DNA of 64,000 nucleotides from Bacteroidales bacterium (GCA_025454795.1 JALONT010000009.1:8827-72826); one strand, 5' to 3'. Shown: positions 1 through 9,827, counted from the stretch's first letter. The notes: a model not told the origin generated them from the sequence alone. Numbers and translations are program-made.

Positions 1-537
1 TACATATAAATATTCCACTGAGAATTCCCTGGTGATCAGAATTTCATTAGGTAATGCCATATCTGTTTTTGGAGCAGCTTTGTATTCATGCATGAAAGCA
101 AAATCGGCTGTAACTCCATTCCATTTTGCTGACGCAACAAATGAACGATCCTTAACACCTATCACACTCCAGAATACTTCAGGAAGATCTTTCCCATTGT
201 GCCAGATGATCCCTGAATAGGTATTCATTCCTCCTTTGAGATCAGGGTGGCTATCGTTTGCAAGACGATATTTTACCTTGTTATCTGAGGTATTAATAAA
301 GATTATGCTATATCTCTCCATTACAGCCAGCCATTTACCGTCTGGCGACAGAGTAGCATCGAGGGCATGGTTTTCCAGTGATTTTTCACCGAAAAATATC
401 TGTAAACCTGCCGGTTGTATTAGTCTGTTATATGGTAACTGAACCTGGCGGGAATTCGCAAGTGGCTGACCCTTTAATAACTGAGTCTGGGTAATTACGA
501 TTGTAAATAAGATTAAAGAAATAAGTAAATGTTTCAT
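1..537 (-). CDS. Secreted protein of uncertain family, N-terminal 179 codons (3' end lies beyond the left window edge)
   Basis: Hand translation of the minus strand from ATG at 537..535 gives MKHLLISLILFTIVITQTQLLKGQPLANSRQVQLPYNRL..., a signal-peptide-like N-terminus. The frame stays open to position 1, so the ORF is missing from the ORF track. Plus-strand ORFs 32..220 and 236..442 are antisense to it. Confidence 0.6.
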   Translation of the reverse strand, partial: MKHLLISLILFTIVITQTQLLKGQPLANSRQVQLPYNRLIQPAGLQIFFGEKSLENHALDATLSPDGKWLAVMERYSIIFINTSDNKVKYRLANDSHPDLKGGMNTYSGIIWHNGKDLPEVFWSVIGVKDRSFVASAKWNGVTADFAFMHEYKAAPKTDMALPNEILITREFSVEYLYV

Positions 538-609
538 CTTATAATATTTAAGAGTTATTATAACTATTATAAAATTAGAAGAGAGTTTATTTCACCAAGA
601 TGACAAGAT

Positions 610-641
610 AAAAAAAGAGACTGAATTTTTAAACAGTCTCT
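610..641 (-). terminator. Rho-independent terminator candidate downstream of the DUF3127-like gene
   Basis: 8-bp stem AGAGACTG (616..623) / CAGTCTCT (634..641) with a 10-nt loop. On the minus strand the stem is followed by a T-run (A-run 610..616 on plus). Confidence 0.5.
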
Positions 642-652
642 TTCATTTCTTT

Positions 653-1033
653 TCAGAACGGAAGATCGCTCATTTCGTCATTTTCAGGCGGAATATCCTC
701 TAGCGCCGGATGAGACTCAGAACTCTGTTCTCTCCCCTGTGCTGATGCTTTCTCTATCTTCCAGGCATCAAGATTTGTGAAGTAATTGATCTTGCCATCG
801 CGCTCCCATTTATTCCCTTTCAGGTTGAACCATATCCTTACATCTTCATTAAGATAAGATTCATTTATAAGATCGCATTTATCCTGAATAAGCTGAAACT
901 TTATATAGTCAATAAAGACAGCAGCTCCTCCGGATTCTTTTTTCTCAATTACGAATTCACGTTTTTTGAATTTATCACTTACCTGGTTTACAGGAGAAAT
1001 CTCAATAATCTTTCCGGTGATTTCGAATGCCAT
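653..1033 (-). CDS. DUF3127-like small protein with an acidic SSB-type C-terminal tip
   Basis: 126 aa. The N-terminal ~95 aa (MAFEITGKIIEISPVNQVSDKFKKREFVIE...) match my recollection of Bacteroidota DUF3127. The C-terminus ...PPENDEMSDLPF resembles the D-D-D-(I/L)-P-F tip of bacterial SSB. Confidence 0.7.
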   Translation of the reverse strand: MAFEITGKIIEISPVNQVSDKFKKREFVIEKKESGGAAVFIDYIKFQLIQDKCDLINESYLNEDVRIWFNLKGNKWERDGKINYFTNLDAWKIEKASAQGREQSSESHPALEDIPPENDEMSDLPF

Positions 1034-1039
1034 TTCTTA

Positions 1040-1498
1040 TTATTCTTCGTTAATGATAATTTTTTCAATTTTATCACCCTGCCGGACCTGATCGATCACT
1101 TCAGTTCCTTCGAACACTTTCCCAAAGCAGGTATGTTGCCTGTCAAGATGTTTTGTATTGGTTCTGCTATTGCAGATAAAAAACTGTGATCCTCCTGTAT
1201 CTTTTCCGGCATGGGCCATAGATAACACACCCTTATCGTGATACTGGTTCTCACCATCGAGTTCGCATTTGATCTTATATCCGGGGCCGCCTGTTCCTAC
1301 TCTGGGATCTCCTGGATCTTTAGAAAACGGGCAGCCTCCCTGTATTACAAAATTGGGAATTACACGGTGAAAAACGAGACCGTCATAAAAACCCTTTTTT
1401 GCAAGAGTTATAAAGTTCTCTACAGTGCCAGGTGCATCTTCTTCAAAGAAGTTGACCTTCATTGTACCCCTTGCAGTATGGATCTCTGCAGTTCTCAT
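1040..1498 (-). CDS. Cyclophilin-type peptidyl-prolyl cis-trans isomerase
   Basis: 152 aa with cyclophilin signatures FHRVIPNFVIQGG, LSMAHAG and GSQFFI. Confidence 0.9.
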   Translation of the reverse strand: MRTAEIHTARGTMKVNFFEEDAPGTVENFITLAKKGFYDGLVFHRVIPNFVIQGGCPFSKDPGDPRVGTGGPGYKIKCELDGENQYHDKGVLSMAHAGKDTGGSQFFICNSRTNTKHLDRQHTCFGKVFEGTEVIDQVRQGDKIEKIIINEE

Positions 1499-2211
1499 TA
1501 TTTGACAATTTCAATAAGCTCAACTTCGAAAACAAGCGAGGAAAATGGTTTGATTATTTCGCCGGCACCGTTTGCTCCGTATGCAATATTTTCAGGAAGA
1601 ACAATTTTGAATTTAGAACCGACAGGCATAAGCTGCAATGCTTCTGTCCAGCCAGGGATAACGCCAGAAACCGGAAATTCAGCGGGTGCATTTCTTTTAT
1701 AAGATGAATCAAATTCGGTACCATCAATCAGAGTCCCTACATAATGTACTTTTACAGTACTTTCTGCAGTAGGCATTGGGCCTGTTCCCATTTTTATGAC
1801 TTCGTACTGCAAGCCACTGGGGGTGACAATGACTCCTGATTTTTCTTTATTCTTAGCCAGAAATTCCTCATTCTGAGAAATATAATCATTGTATAATACT
1901 TTGTTAGCTTCTGCCTGTTTTGCAGCCATATCCTGTTCACGCTTGTTTATATATACCATTATATAACTTCTTGCTATATCATCAGTCATTCCTGCCTTGC
2001 TGTTTTTTCCGTCAACCATTGCCTTTGCGAACATAACAGGTTCAAGAAAAAGACTGTCGGCGGTGAGAGCATTGTAATAAACTGTACCAAAAGCATATGA
2101 GAGTGAATCTGCCTGATTCTTCATTTTTGCATTTTGAATTGCATTTTTTCCGCATGAGCTGAGTATCACTGTGATCGCGATAGCCAAAACAACTAATCCT
2201 TTGATTTTCAT
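1498..2211 (-). CDS. FKBP-type peptidyl-prolyl isomerase, lipoprotein (Mip/FklB-like)
   Basis: Lipoprotein signal ...VILSSCGK. C-terminal FKBP domain [15 protein letters not shown]...[19 protein letters not shown]. Its end shares 1 nt with the cyclophilin gene start. Confidence 0.85.
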   Translation of the reverse strand: MKIKGLVVLAIAITVILSSCGKNAIQNAKMKNQADSLSYAFGTVYYNALTADSLFLEPVMFAKAMVDGKNSKAGMTDDIARSYIMVYINKREQDMAAKQAEANKVLYNDYISQNEEFLAKNKEKSGVIVTPSGLQYEVIKMGTGPMPTAESTVKVHYVGTLIDGTEFDSSYKRNAPAEFPVSGVIPGWTEALQLMPVGSKFKIVLPENIAYGANGAGEIIKPFSSLVFEVELIEIVK

Positions 2212-2286
2212 ATTAAATATATTTTAAATTTGATTTCCGCAAAGATAACATTTTGGGTAATTGAAAAAAGGCTTTAAATTATTTTT

Positions 2287-2943
2287 TCATATTTTAATTG
2301 CACGGATCATCTGTCTCTTCCCGGGAGGCCCCGGAAGAAGGGTTACATTAAAACCAATTGATCTCAGGTTTCTTCTTACTTCACCTTTGGCTGAATATGT
2401 TACAAAAATGCCATTTGTCCTGGTGATCCCGGAGATCCTTTCAAATATCTCTCTTTTCCACATTTCAGGTTGCTTGTCAGGACCAAAGGCGTCAAAATAA
2501 ATAAGGTCATATGTGCCTGTAAGCGTATCCGTTATCAGATCCCCTTTAATCTTTCTAAGGTTGAAGTTTCTGCATATTCTATGCATCGGACCCCATTCTG
2601 TTGAATGAATAAGCCGGAATATATTTTTCCCTTCCTTCCCGGCAAAGAAATGATGGTTAAGTGATTCGATAATGTATTTCTCAAGAGGATATTTCTCAAT
2701 TGAAGTATACAATACCTCTTTTGTACCATTCATGGCATTAATTGCTGTCAGAAGAGCGTTAAGTCCTGTTCCGAATCCCACTTCAAAAATAAATAATGGA
2801 TCAGCTTTGCAGATATCAAAACCATTCCTGATAAAAATAAACTCTGATTCCCTGACAGCACCATTGATTGAATGGTAGTGTTCATCAAGTTCCGGAACGT
2901 AGAGGGTATGCGAGCCGTCAAAAGTTGTAACTAATTGATGCAA
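2287..2943 (-). CDS. Stand-alone MnmC-type SAM methyltransferase domain protein (tRNA mnm5s2U family, DUF752-like)
   Basis: Motifs DGSHTLYVPELDEHYHSINGAVRESEFIFI, EVGFGTGLN and YFDAFGPDKQPEMW. The ORF-track start at 3060 reads through the octamer array, so I place the start at the in-frame TTG at 2943. The start position is uncertain. Confidence 0.6.
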   Translation of the reverse strand: MHQLVTTFDGSHTLYVPELDEHYHSINGAVRESEFIFIRNGFDICKADPLFIFEVGFGTGLNALLTAINAMNGTKEVLYTSIEKYPLEKYIIESLNHHFFAGKEGKNIFRLIHSTEWGPMHRICRNFNLRKIKGDLITDTLTGTYDLIYFDAFGPDKQPEMWKREIFERISGITRTNGIFVTYSAKGEVRRNLRSIGFNVTLLPGPPGKRQMIRAIKI

Positions 2944-2966
2944 AGTTAACTTGTTTGAGTTTTTTT

Positions 2967-3002
2967 GTCGTCGCACCGTCGCACCGTCGCACCGTCGCAC
3001 CG
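2967..3002. repeat. Tandem octamer array (TCGCACCG x4, preceded by a partial unit)
   Basis: Read directly: gtcg tcgcaccg tcgcaccg tcgcaccg tcgcaccg. It fills the spacer up to the stop codon of the PP2C gene (3003). Confidence 0.9.
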
Positions 3003-5555
3003 TTATACCCTTATACCTATAACCATCACATCGTCCACCTGCTCGCGGTCTCCCTTCCATTTCTCAAATGTGTTATCCAGAATCTCTTTCTGAAGCTCCA
3101 TTGGTTTAGCATGATTCCTGAGAAGAAGTTCCTGGAACGGCTTGTACATGTATTTCTTCCCCTTAGGACCTCCAAACTGATCAGCGAATCCGTCAGAGAA
3201 GATATAGAGGTAATCCCCTTTTTTAATCTCAATATTCTGGTTAGTAAAGGGAGAGAATGAAGTAAAATGAATACCTATCGGCATCCTGTCAGCCTGGTAT
3301 TTGATCAAATTACCGTCCCTGATGATGTAGAGAGGATTATTTGCGCCGGCATAATCAAGCTTCCCTGTTCTGAGGTCGAGAATTATCAAAGAGATGTCCA
3401 TCCCGTCGCGTGCCTCACCTGTAGTCCCTTTCTGTTTCAGTGTATTTATTATTTCGTCTCTCAGAAAATTGAGGATTGTTGCCGCATCAGCTATCTCCCT
3501 TGTATTTATTATCTCATCAAGGAAAGCATGTCCGAGCATGCTCATAAATGCTCCCGGAACACCATGCCCTGTGCAATCACCTGCGGCAACGATAATCTTA
3601 TTATTTCTTCTTACACCCCAGTAGAAGTCTCCACTTACAATATCTTTGGGCCTGTATAGAATGAAGTTCTCCAGTCCCCATTCAGTAAGGAATCCGACTG
3701 GAGGAAGGACAGCGGTTTGTATCCTGCTGGCATACTGGATACTGTCAGTTATGGACTGGTTCTTCTGTTCAATAATATCTTTCTGTTTAAGGACTTCAGC
3801 ATTTGTAACTTCAAGGTCGGCATTAATTTTTTCAATATGCTTCTTGCTTTCAGCCAGCTTCAGATTTTTTTTCCTTGTTGAGATAAGACCTGAAAGGATC
3901 ATTATTGCAACAATTACCATCAGAACAACAAGTCCAACAGCCATTTTCCGGATCTGTTTCTCCTTCTCAGCTTTCAGGATCTGCTGTTTTTTCTCTGTTT
4001 CGAGGAGTTTATTTGCATTCTGAAGAGCTTTTTCCTGCTCTGTTTTCAGATCAAGTTCAAGTTTCTGCCTCTGTCTTTCCTGTTCAAGAGATTTTACTTT
4101 CTGTTCGCTCTCCCTTGCAAAGTATTTTTCCTGTTCAAGTGCGAGTGATTGTGCAAGCCTGTCTTTTTCTGACCTTTCCAGGGCTCTTTCCTTTATAACA
4201 AGTTTAAGCTCGTTTTCCCTTCGTGATGATTCCGCTTTGAGGGTTTTCAATTCCAGTCCCTGAATCTCCTCAGTTGCAAGCTCACTTCTCAATCTCTGCT
4301 CAAGTGATTCAAATTCAGCTACTTTTTCGGTAGAAGCATTTTCAGCAAGGCGGTTTTCATAGTTCAGTGAATCGCGAAGGCTAAGATGTTTTTCATAATA
4401 CTCAAGTGCTTTAATGAAGTCATTACCGTTTTCGAGGACATTTGAGTAATCTTTATAACATAGCTGAAGCACTTCGAAATTTCCTGAAGCTTTTGCCGAT
4501 TCGATGCAGTTCAGGCAGTACATTTCGGCATGATAATTATCTCCCTTCCTGAAATATATCATTGCAAGGATTCGTTCAATACGGGCTACCTCATCAGTTC
4601 TGCCAGATTCCCTGGCATGATCCAGAGCCTCCTCAAACGATCTCATCATCTCCTGCTGGTTCCCCAGATTCTGATAACAGATCGCAATATTTGCCCAGGC
4701 ATCGGTAAGAAATGAATCATCTTTACCGCCTGCTTCAGAAGATTCCACCGCTTTTTTAAAATCAGCCAGCGCTGCATTCAGATCATTCCTGCGAAACATG
4801 AGCAAACCTGTCTGGTTATATGTTGCAGCTATGTTTTTATAATCTCTTTTGCCGGAATAAAATATGAGTGCTTTATTAAATTTATCGTATGCCTGATCGA
4901 ACAATGCTTGCCTTGTAAACAGTTTGCCTGATTGGTTTGTGCACCTGATCATGCCAGTTGTATCTCCGTTCTTTTCAAAATACCATCCTGCTACATTGTA
5001 CCATTTGGTTGCAAGGGAATCAACCGGGATATAGTAATATGACCTTCCCGCCATCTCTGCAGCAGATGCCAGTAATCCGGGATTTTGATTGTTGTAAAGA
5101 AGGAACTCCTGCTCGGAATATTGAGCAGATTTTTTATAGACTCCAGCTTCAAAATATTTATTTGAAATACTATGCAGGATTTTCGCTTCATTTTCCTTGT
5201 CACCGAGTTTGGTGTAGACCGAAGCAGCCCTAAGATAATTGCGCAATGTCTCTTCCCAGTCGGAACGGCTGTCATTGAGAGAGGCGAGAAGTTCATATCC
5301 TGAAGCTTCAATTTCCAAAAAACTGCCTGCTGAAGCTGATTCCACAGTTCTTATTATATAAGCAATGGAGCTGTCTGGCTGATCATTAATCAAAAATTTC
5401 TGAGCTGTTATTAACAGCTCAACTGTATATAATGAATCGGCTGTCCTTTTTCGTAACAATTCAGTTCTGACCGAAAGAGTATCCTGTCCAATAGTGATAT
5501 AAATCAACGATGAAAAGACCAGCAATAATATTATGACTGAAGTCTTTCTTTTCAT
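3003..5555 (-). CDS. Membrane-anchored TPR / coiled-coil sensor with C-terminal PP2C (SpoIIE-type) serine phosphatase domain
   Basis: 850 aa. It has an N-terminal signal/anchor, a long TPR-like region, a Glu/Lys-rich coiled coil, a TM helix (MAVGLVVLMVIVAIMILSGLIS), then a PP2C/SpoIIE domain (SGDFYW, AAGDCTGHGVPGAFMSM, DGMD, FSDGFADQ). Confidence 0.8.
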   Translation of the reverse strand: MKRKTSVIILLLVFSSLIYITIGQDTLSVRTELLRKRTADSLYTVELLITAQKFLINDQPDSSIAYIIRTVESASAGSFLEIEASGYELLASLNDSRSDWEETLRNYLRAASVYTKLGDKENEAKILHSISNKYFEAGVYKKSAQYSEQEFLLYNNQNPGLLASAAEMAGRSYYYIPVDSLATKWYNVAGWYFEKNGDTTGMIRCTNQSGKLFTRQALFDQAYDKFNKALIFYSGKRDYKNIAATYNQTGLLMFRRNDLNAALADFKKAVESSEAGGKDDSFLTDAWANIAICYQNLGNQQEMMRSFEEALDHARESGRTDEVARIERILAMIYFRKGDNYHAEMYCLNCIESAKASGNFEVLQLCYKDYSNVLENGNDFIKALEYYEKHLSLRDSLNYENRLAENASTEKVAEFESLEQRLRSELATEEIQGLELKTLKAESSRRENELKLVIKERALERSEKDRLAQSLALEQEKYFARESEQKVKSLEQERQRQKLELDLKTEQEKALQNANKLLETEKKQQILKAEKEKQIRKMAVGLVVLMVIVAIMILSGLISTRKKNLKLAESKKHIEKINADLEVTNAEVLKQKDIIEQKNQSITDSIQYASRIQTAVLPPVGFLTEWGLENFILYRPKDIVSGDFYWGVRRNNKIIVAAGDCTGHGVPGAFMSMLGHAFLDEIINTREIADAATILNFLRDEIINTLKQKGTTGEARDGMDISLIILDLRTGKLDYAGANNPLYIIRDGNLIKYQADRMPIGIHFTSFSPFTNQNIEIKKGDYLYIFSDGFADQFGGPKGKKYMYKPFQELLLRNHAKPMELQKEILDNTFEKWKGDREQVDDVMVIGIRV

Positions 5556-7936
5556 CAGTTGAGAGTATAAGTCAGACCGAAACTGATGCTGCGTCCTGTC
5601 TGAGGATTATAGGGGAGGGGCGTCTTCATCCCGGAAAAGACAGGACCACCATATCTTTCATCAAAGATGTTGTTGACTTTTATAAAGCTGTTCAGATTTG
5701 GACCGATCTTATAATTAGCGACAACATCCATGCTGTAAAATCCATCAAAATCTTTAAGAATATCCTCATAGATGCTCTTGAATGGAATGATAACCCTTAA
5801 CCAGCTTGATTCCCAGATGCTTGTAACCTGAATGTAAAGGTTTTTAGCCGGTTCCATTGAGATTTTCATCTGTCCATAATGGTTGGGTATGAGCGTAAAA
5901 TTGCTTATATAATTTAAATAATCCCCGGCTAACTGTAAAATCTCGGGGAACTTCTGGCTTGACTTGGCGAATGTAAGGCTCAGTTCCCAGTTCATATGTA
6001 TCGACTTAATTATGTCATTGACCCTGAAAGTCCCCTGGAGACCGTAAAGCCTTGAAACCGACTCATAACTATTTGCTCTCATCAGCACTGTAGCTGTATC
6101 TGGTTCAATGATCGCAAGAGGAAGATTAAGGGCGGACGCACGCACATTAAGATCAACAATCAGGTCTTTGATCTCATTATAGTAAACTGAAACATTAAGG
6201 TTAAGTCCTTTACGATACTTTTTAACAATCCCCAGTTCTACAGACCTGTATTGTTCAGGATCAAGATCAGGATTCGGATATGAAATGTAAATAAGGCTGT
6301 CGTGACCCAATCCTGCTTTATAGGCGAGTGACTGGTATGCAAGAGATGATGGAGGGGCTTTGTAGGCAAATCCAACAGAACCTCTGAAACTGGTTCTGGG
6401 ATTCACTATGTAAAGTCCTGCAAGTCTTGGACTTATGCTTATTCCATATTTGGAATTATCATCTACTCTTATTCCGCCCATAAACCTGAACGACTTTATT
6501 GAATAGTAGGTCTGGGAGAAGATGGAAAAATTATGATAAACCAGAGGATTGATTCCAAAATTATTAGTCAGAGAATCAAGCAGGTCTACTTTGCTGCTGA
6601 AGAAACTGTATTCACGTGTATCAAAAGGCGCATCCAGGAAATTTGTCTGAGGAAGGTTGCCCGAATACTGGTAAGTGATGCCTGACATGATCTCCAGATT
6701 CTTCCCGGGCATTACAGTAAAGAGTTGCTCCAGAAGAATGTCACGACCAGCTGCATACCTGTAAACCTTATCGGTATAATCAATAAAAGTAACTCCTTCG
6801 CTGGAATTGTTATCCATCCTGTATGTGAGATTTGAAAAGTTTGTGGTTGTTGTGAATTTTGGACTCCACTCATGATTATAACTCATGGTTGTTGAACGGA
6901 TATTCTCCCCCCAGAAATTCTGGGGATTATTGTATTTATAAAAATAAGGTGACTGGCTTAGCGAACTTTGTGTTCTTCTGTACATATTATTGAATGACAT
7001 TGAAATACCTCTGTATTTCAGCTGGAATCCCAGATTATTGCTTGCGGCTGGCAGATCATTTATTGCAGGTATTGTTAAAGAGCCTTCGTAATTATAAGGA
7101 TAATTTTCCTTTATAAAGTCTGCCGGATCAATGGATGCTGAACATAAAATACTTTCCGTAATTTTTGCCGGTTCGTATTCTGTGCCACCGATTTTAAATG
7201 TTTTCCCTTTATTCTGATAATATTGTAAAGGATTATAGATATCGTCATAGCCCTTTTTAATATTAAGATCGCTAACCTCGCTCTGTCCTCCGTAAAAGCT
7301 GTATTGAAGTATGTTCTTGTTTTTTCCTGTTTTTCCTCCTACCATAAAATTACCCATGCGGTGGTCCAGTTGACCAAGGCTGATATCACCCATAACGAAA
7401 GTTCCTTTATCAGCCTCCCTGGTAATAATATTAATTACCCCGGAGACAGCATCAGCTCCATATACTGCAGCTGCAGGTCCGTAAATTACTTCAATTCGTT
7501 CTGCCTGACGTACAGGAAGCTGTGCAGAGACAGGCATTCCGGTTACAACACTCGGCTTTATCGGGAGACCATTTATCAGTATCATTGTATAAAGGTTGCC
7601 GACAAGACCCCTGAGTTCAAAACTCTCACCCAGTTCTCCTGAGCCGGGTTGTGAGACTCTTACCCCGGGAAGACTTTTTATGATATCGATCAGTGAATTA
7701 TAGTGATTACGGATGATCTCCTCTCTTGTCACTACATATATAGTTATCGGTAACTCACCGATCCTCTTTGAGCTTCGGCTTGCAGAGATTACATTCATCT
7801 CAGCAGTGTCTGTACTGAAAGCCAGATCAGCGGCATCAAGTTTATCAATTTTTCTTTGTCCGGGATCTGCCAGTTGCGCGGAGAGATCAGAGAATAAATA
7901 AAACAGAAAGACCAGTATTGAAATTCTTGCTTTCAT
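5555..7936 (-). CDS. TonB-dependent outer-membrane receptor
   Basis: 793 aa with a signal peptide. Plug-domain motifs are present (ITIYVVTREEI, PGVRV, IEVIYGPAAAVYGADAVSGVINIIT). It has a long beta-barrel ending in ...SFGLTYTLN. Its stop overlaps the PP2C gene start by 1 nt (TGATG). Confidence 0.85.
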   Translation of the reverse strand: MKARISILVFLFYLFSDLSAQLADPGQRKIDKLDAADLAFSTDTAEMNVISASRSSKRIGELPITIYVVTREEIIRNHYNSLIDIIKSLPGVRVSQPGSGELGESFELRGLVGNLYTMILINGLPIKPSVVTGMPVSAQLPVRQAERIEVIYGPAAAVYGADAVSGVINIITREADKGTFVMGDISLGQLDHRMGNFMVGGKTGKNKNILQYSFYGGQSEVSDLNIKKGYDDIYNPLQYYQNKGKTFKIGGTEYEPAKITESILCSASIDPADFIKENYPYNYEGSLTIPAINDLPAASNNLGFQLKYRGISMSFNNMYRRTQSSLSQSPYFYKYNNPQNFWGENIRSTTMSYNHEWSPKFTTTTNFSNLTYRMDNNSSEGVTFIDYTDKVYRYAAGRDILLEQLFTVMPGKNLEIMSGITYQYSGNLPQTNFLDAPFDTREYSFFSSKVDLLDSLTNNFGINPLVYHNFSIFSQTYYSIKSFRFMGGIRVDDNSKYGISISPRLAGLYIVNPRTSFRGSVGFAYKAPPSSLAYQSLAYKAGLGHDSLIYISYPNPDLDPEQYRSVELGIVKKYRKGLNLNVSVYYNEIKDLIVDLNVRASALNLPLAIIEPDTATVLMRANSYESVSRLYGLQGTFRVNDIIKSIHMNWELSLTFAKSSQKFPEILQLAGDYLNYISNFTLIPNHYGQMKISMEPAKNLYIQVTSIWESSWLRVIIPFKSIYEDILKDFDGFYSMDVVANYKIGPNLNSFIKVNNIFDERYGGPVFSGMKTPLPYNPQTGRSISFGLTYTLN

Positions 7937-8164
7937 TCTGAAAATATCAGGAATAAAATTATTAAAATTATTTCAACTCAGGTACCATTTTGAGTTTATT
8001 AGATAACCCGGGAGTCTGATAAAAGTTATTTTCAGCATCACTTCTGTTTTTTTTTAAAGGAAATTTAATCCGGATTCTCTTATCTTCTTTGTTTATGTAT
8101 TATTTTTATTACCACATTTTCTGTTGATAACCCGAAATATTAAAAAGTAAAATAAATCTAATCG

Positions 8165-9100
8165 ATGAAAACGAAACAATCGAGAAGGGACTTCCTGAGA
8201 GTTACCACTGCCGGTGCTCTTGGTGCAATTGTTATTTCACAATACGAATGCAGGAATTCCGGTAAACCTGCTTCGAAAATCACTGATCCCAAATCCTTTG
8301 GAATAGGGCTTCAGCTTTATACAATCCGCGATGCAATGACAACAGATGTCGCGGGATCATTGAAAAAGGTTTCTGATACAGGTTACAAATACCTTGAGCT
8401 GGCAGGTTATGACGAAGGCAAGTTTTACGGTTATGAGCCTGCCGAATTCAAAAAGATGGCAGATGATCTTGGGATGGAGATTCTAAGCAGTCATACACAG
8501 GTCGAAGGTGCAGGAGTTACTCTTGACAATGCCAGGAAGATGGCAGAAGATCATGCAAAACTTGGTGTGAAATATTGTCTGCAACCATGGATAGTGGAAG
8601 AGATGCGAACGTCAATCTCAAGCTATCAGAAAATGGCTGAAAACTGGAACCAGATAGGTACGGTAATGAAAGAATCCGGAATACAGTTCGGATATCATAA
8701 CCATAATTTTGAATTCGATACTGTTGAAGGCAAAGTGCCATATTTTGATGTAATGCTTGCTGAACTGGATAAGGATCTCGTTACCATGGAGCTTGATATA
8801 TTCTGGACTACAAAAGCGGGACAGGATCCTGTTGAGATCATAAAGAAATATCCGGGAAGATTCCAGCTGTTTCATATGAAGGATATGTTCACCAATGAGG
8901 CCCCATTCTTCACCACAGCAGGTGTCAGAGATTTTGCACCTGTCGGTGCCGGAGTTATTGATTTTAAAAGAATTCTGGCTGTTAAGGATATAGCAGGAAT
9001 GAAATATATGGTTGTTGAACAGGATCAGAGCAGGGAGGGAACACCATTTGTTGATATTCAGACCAGCCTTATCAATCTGACTACCAAAATACTGGTATAA
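8165..9100 (+). CDS. Tat-exported sugar phosphate isomerase/epimerase (xylose isomerase-like TIM barrel)
   Basis: Twin-arginine signal SRRDFLRVTTAGALGA. The body resembles the AP endonuclease 2 / xylose isomerase-like TIM barrel family (YLELAGY, FGYHNHNFEF, FHMKD). Confidence 0.75.
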   Translation: MKTKQSRRDFLRVTTAGALGAIVISQYECRNSGKPASKITDPKSFGIGLQLYTIRDAMTTDVAGSLKKVSDTGYKYLELAGYDEGKFYGYEPAEFKKMADDLGMEILSSHTQVEGAGVTLDNARKMAEDHAKLGVKYCLQPWIVEEMRTSISSYQKMAENWNQIGTVMKESGIQFGYHNHNFEFDTVEGKVPYFDVMLAELDKDLVTMELDIFWTTKAGQDPVEIIKKYPGRFQLFHMKDMFTNEAPFFTTAGVRDFAPVGAGVIDFKRILAVKDIAGMKYMVVEQDQSREGTPFVDIQTSLINLTTKILV

Positions 9101-9106
9101 TGAATT

Positions 9107-9150
9107 GGCGTCAGGCGTCAGCGTCAGGCGTCAGGCGTCTGGCGTCTGGC
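9107..9150. repeat. Tandem heptamer array (GGCGTCA/GGCGTCT, about 6 units)
   Basis: Read directly. It is followed at 9166..9196 by a 7-periodic GCCC-rich partner (gcccttc gcccgtc gcccata gcc). It lies between convergent genes. Confidence 0.9.
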
Positions 9151-9200
9151 AGACAACTATCAGTTGCCCTTCGCCCGTCGCCCATAGCCGCTCGCCTTCA

Positions 9201-9800
9201 TTACCAGTCCGAATCATACCACGACCTTACATCAGTCGCGAGCATACCTGCCATCTCAGCGGCTTTCAGTCCCTGGTCTCCGTCTTCAAATACTTCAATA
9301 GAAGCAGGTTCGACATTCATCAGTTCAGCACATTTAAGGAATGTTTCGGGGTGAGGCTTGAAGTTGTCAACATCATTTGCCGTGACAATAATGTCGAAGT
9401 ATTCACTGAGACTTGTTACTTCAAGAGTACGGATCACAGCTTCCCTGTGTCCTCCCGTACCAACTGACATCGGAAGTATTCCAAAGTACTTTTTCGCAAT
9501 ATCTGCTACAGGTTTTATAATTTTTACTTTTGGTTGTATAATATAAAACTGCCGTAGTTTCTCCTCAACAATCTGGTCTATCGTAACAGTGCCCTCAAGG
9601 CCGCATTTTTTAATGATTTCCGATGCAATGATCCATCCGGGGCTACCGGTATGTTGCCGGAGGAAAGAAGGATCGATATCGGCTCCGTACTTATTGCATG
9701 CTTTCCTCCAGCCGTCAAAATGATAGGGCATGGTATCGGCAAGTGTCCCGTCGAGATCGAAGATAAGTCCTTTGACTCCGGGTTTGATATCGTGTTTCAT
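9201..9800 (-). CDS. HAD-IA hydrolase (beta-phosphoglucomutase family)
   Basis: HAD motif I, LIFDLDGTLADT, plus the distal motifs FEDGDQGLKAA. Confidence 0.8.
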   Translation of the reverse strand: MKHDIKPGVKGLIFDLDGTLADTMPYHFDGWRKACNKYGADIDPSFLRQHTGSPGWIIASEIIKKCGLEGTVTIDQIVEEKLRQFYIIQPKVKIIKPVADIAKKYFGILPMSVGTGGHREAVIRTLEVTSLSEYFDIIVTANDVDNFKPHPETFLKCAELMNVEPASIEVFEDGDQGLKAAEMAGMLATDVRSWYDSDW

Positions 9801-9827
9801 TCTAATTCAATTCGGTTGCAAATATAT

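Noticed and set aside
2944-3060. N-terminal extension of the MnmC-like ORF (MEGRPRAGGRCDGYRYKGITVRRCDGATVRR)
   Set aside because: It is encoded by the octamer array and overlaps the 3' end of the PP2C gene. The conserved domain starts near the TTG at 2943.
3267-4198. Several 76-130-aa plus-strand ORFs within 3.2-4.2 kb
   Set aside because: They are antisense to the PP2C/coiled-coil gene. Their low-complexity composition mirrors the Glu/Lys-rich coiled coil on the other strand.
7937-8164. Possible riboswitch or sRNA in the 228-nt spacer upstream of the TonB-dependent receptor
   Set aside because: I saw only short AT-rich inverted repeats (CTGAAAATA/TATTTTCAG) and no recognisable conserved riboswitch core, for example no cobalamin or TPP box.
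9100-9467. Two plus-strand ORFs (84 and 120 aa) starting in the GGCGTCA array
   Set aside because: They start in repeat-derived low-complexity sequence and then run antisense to the HAD hydrolase gene.
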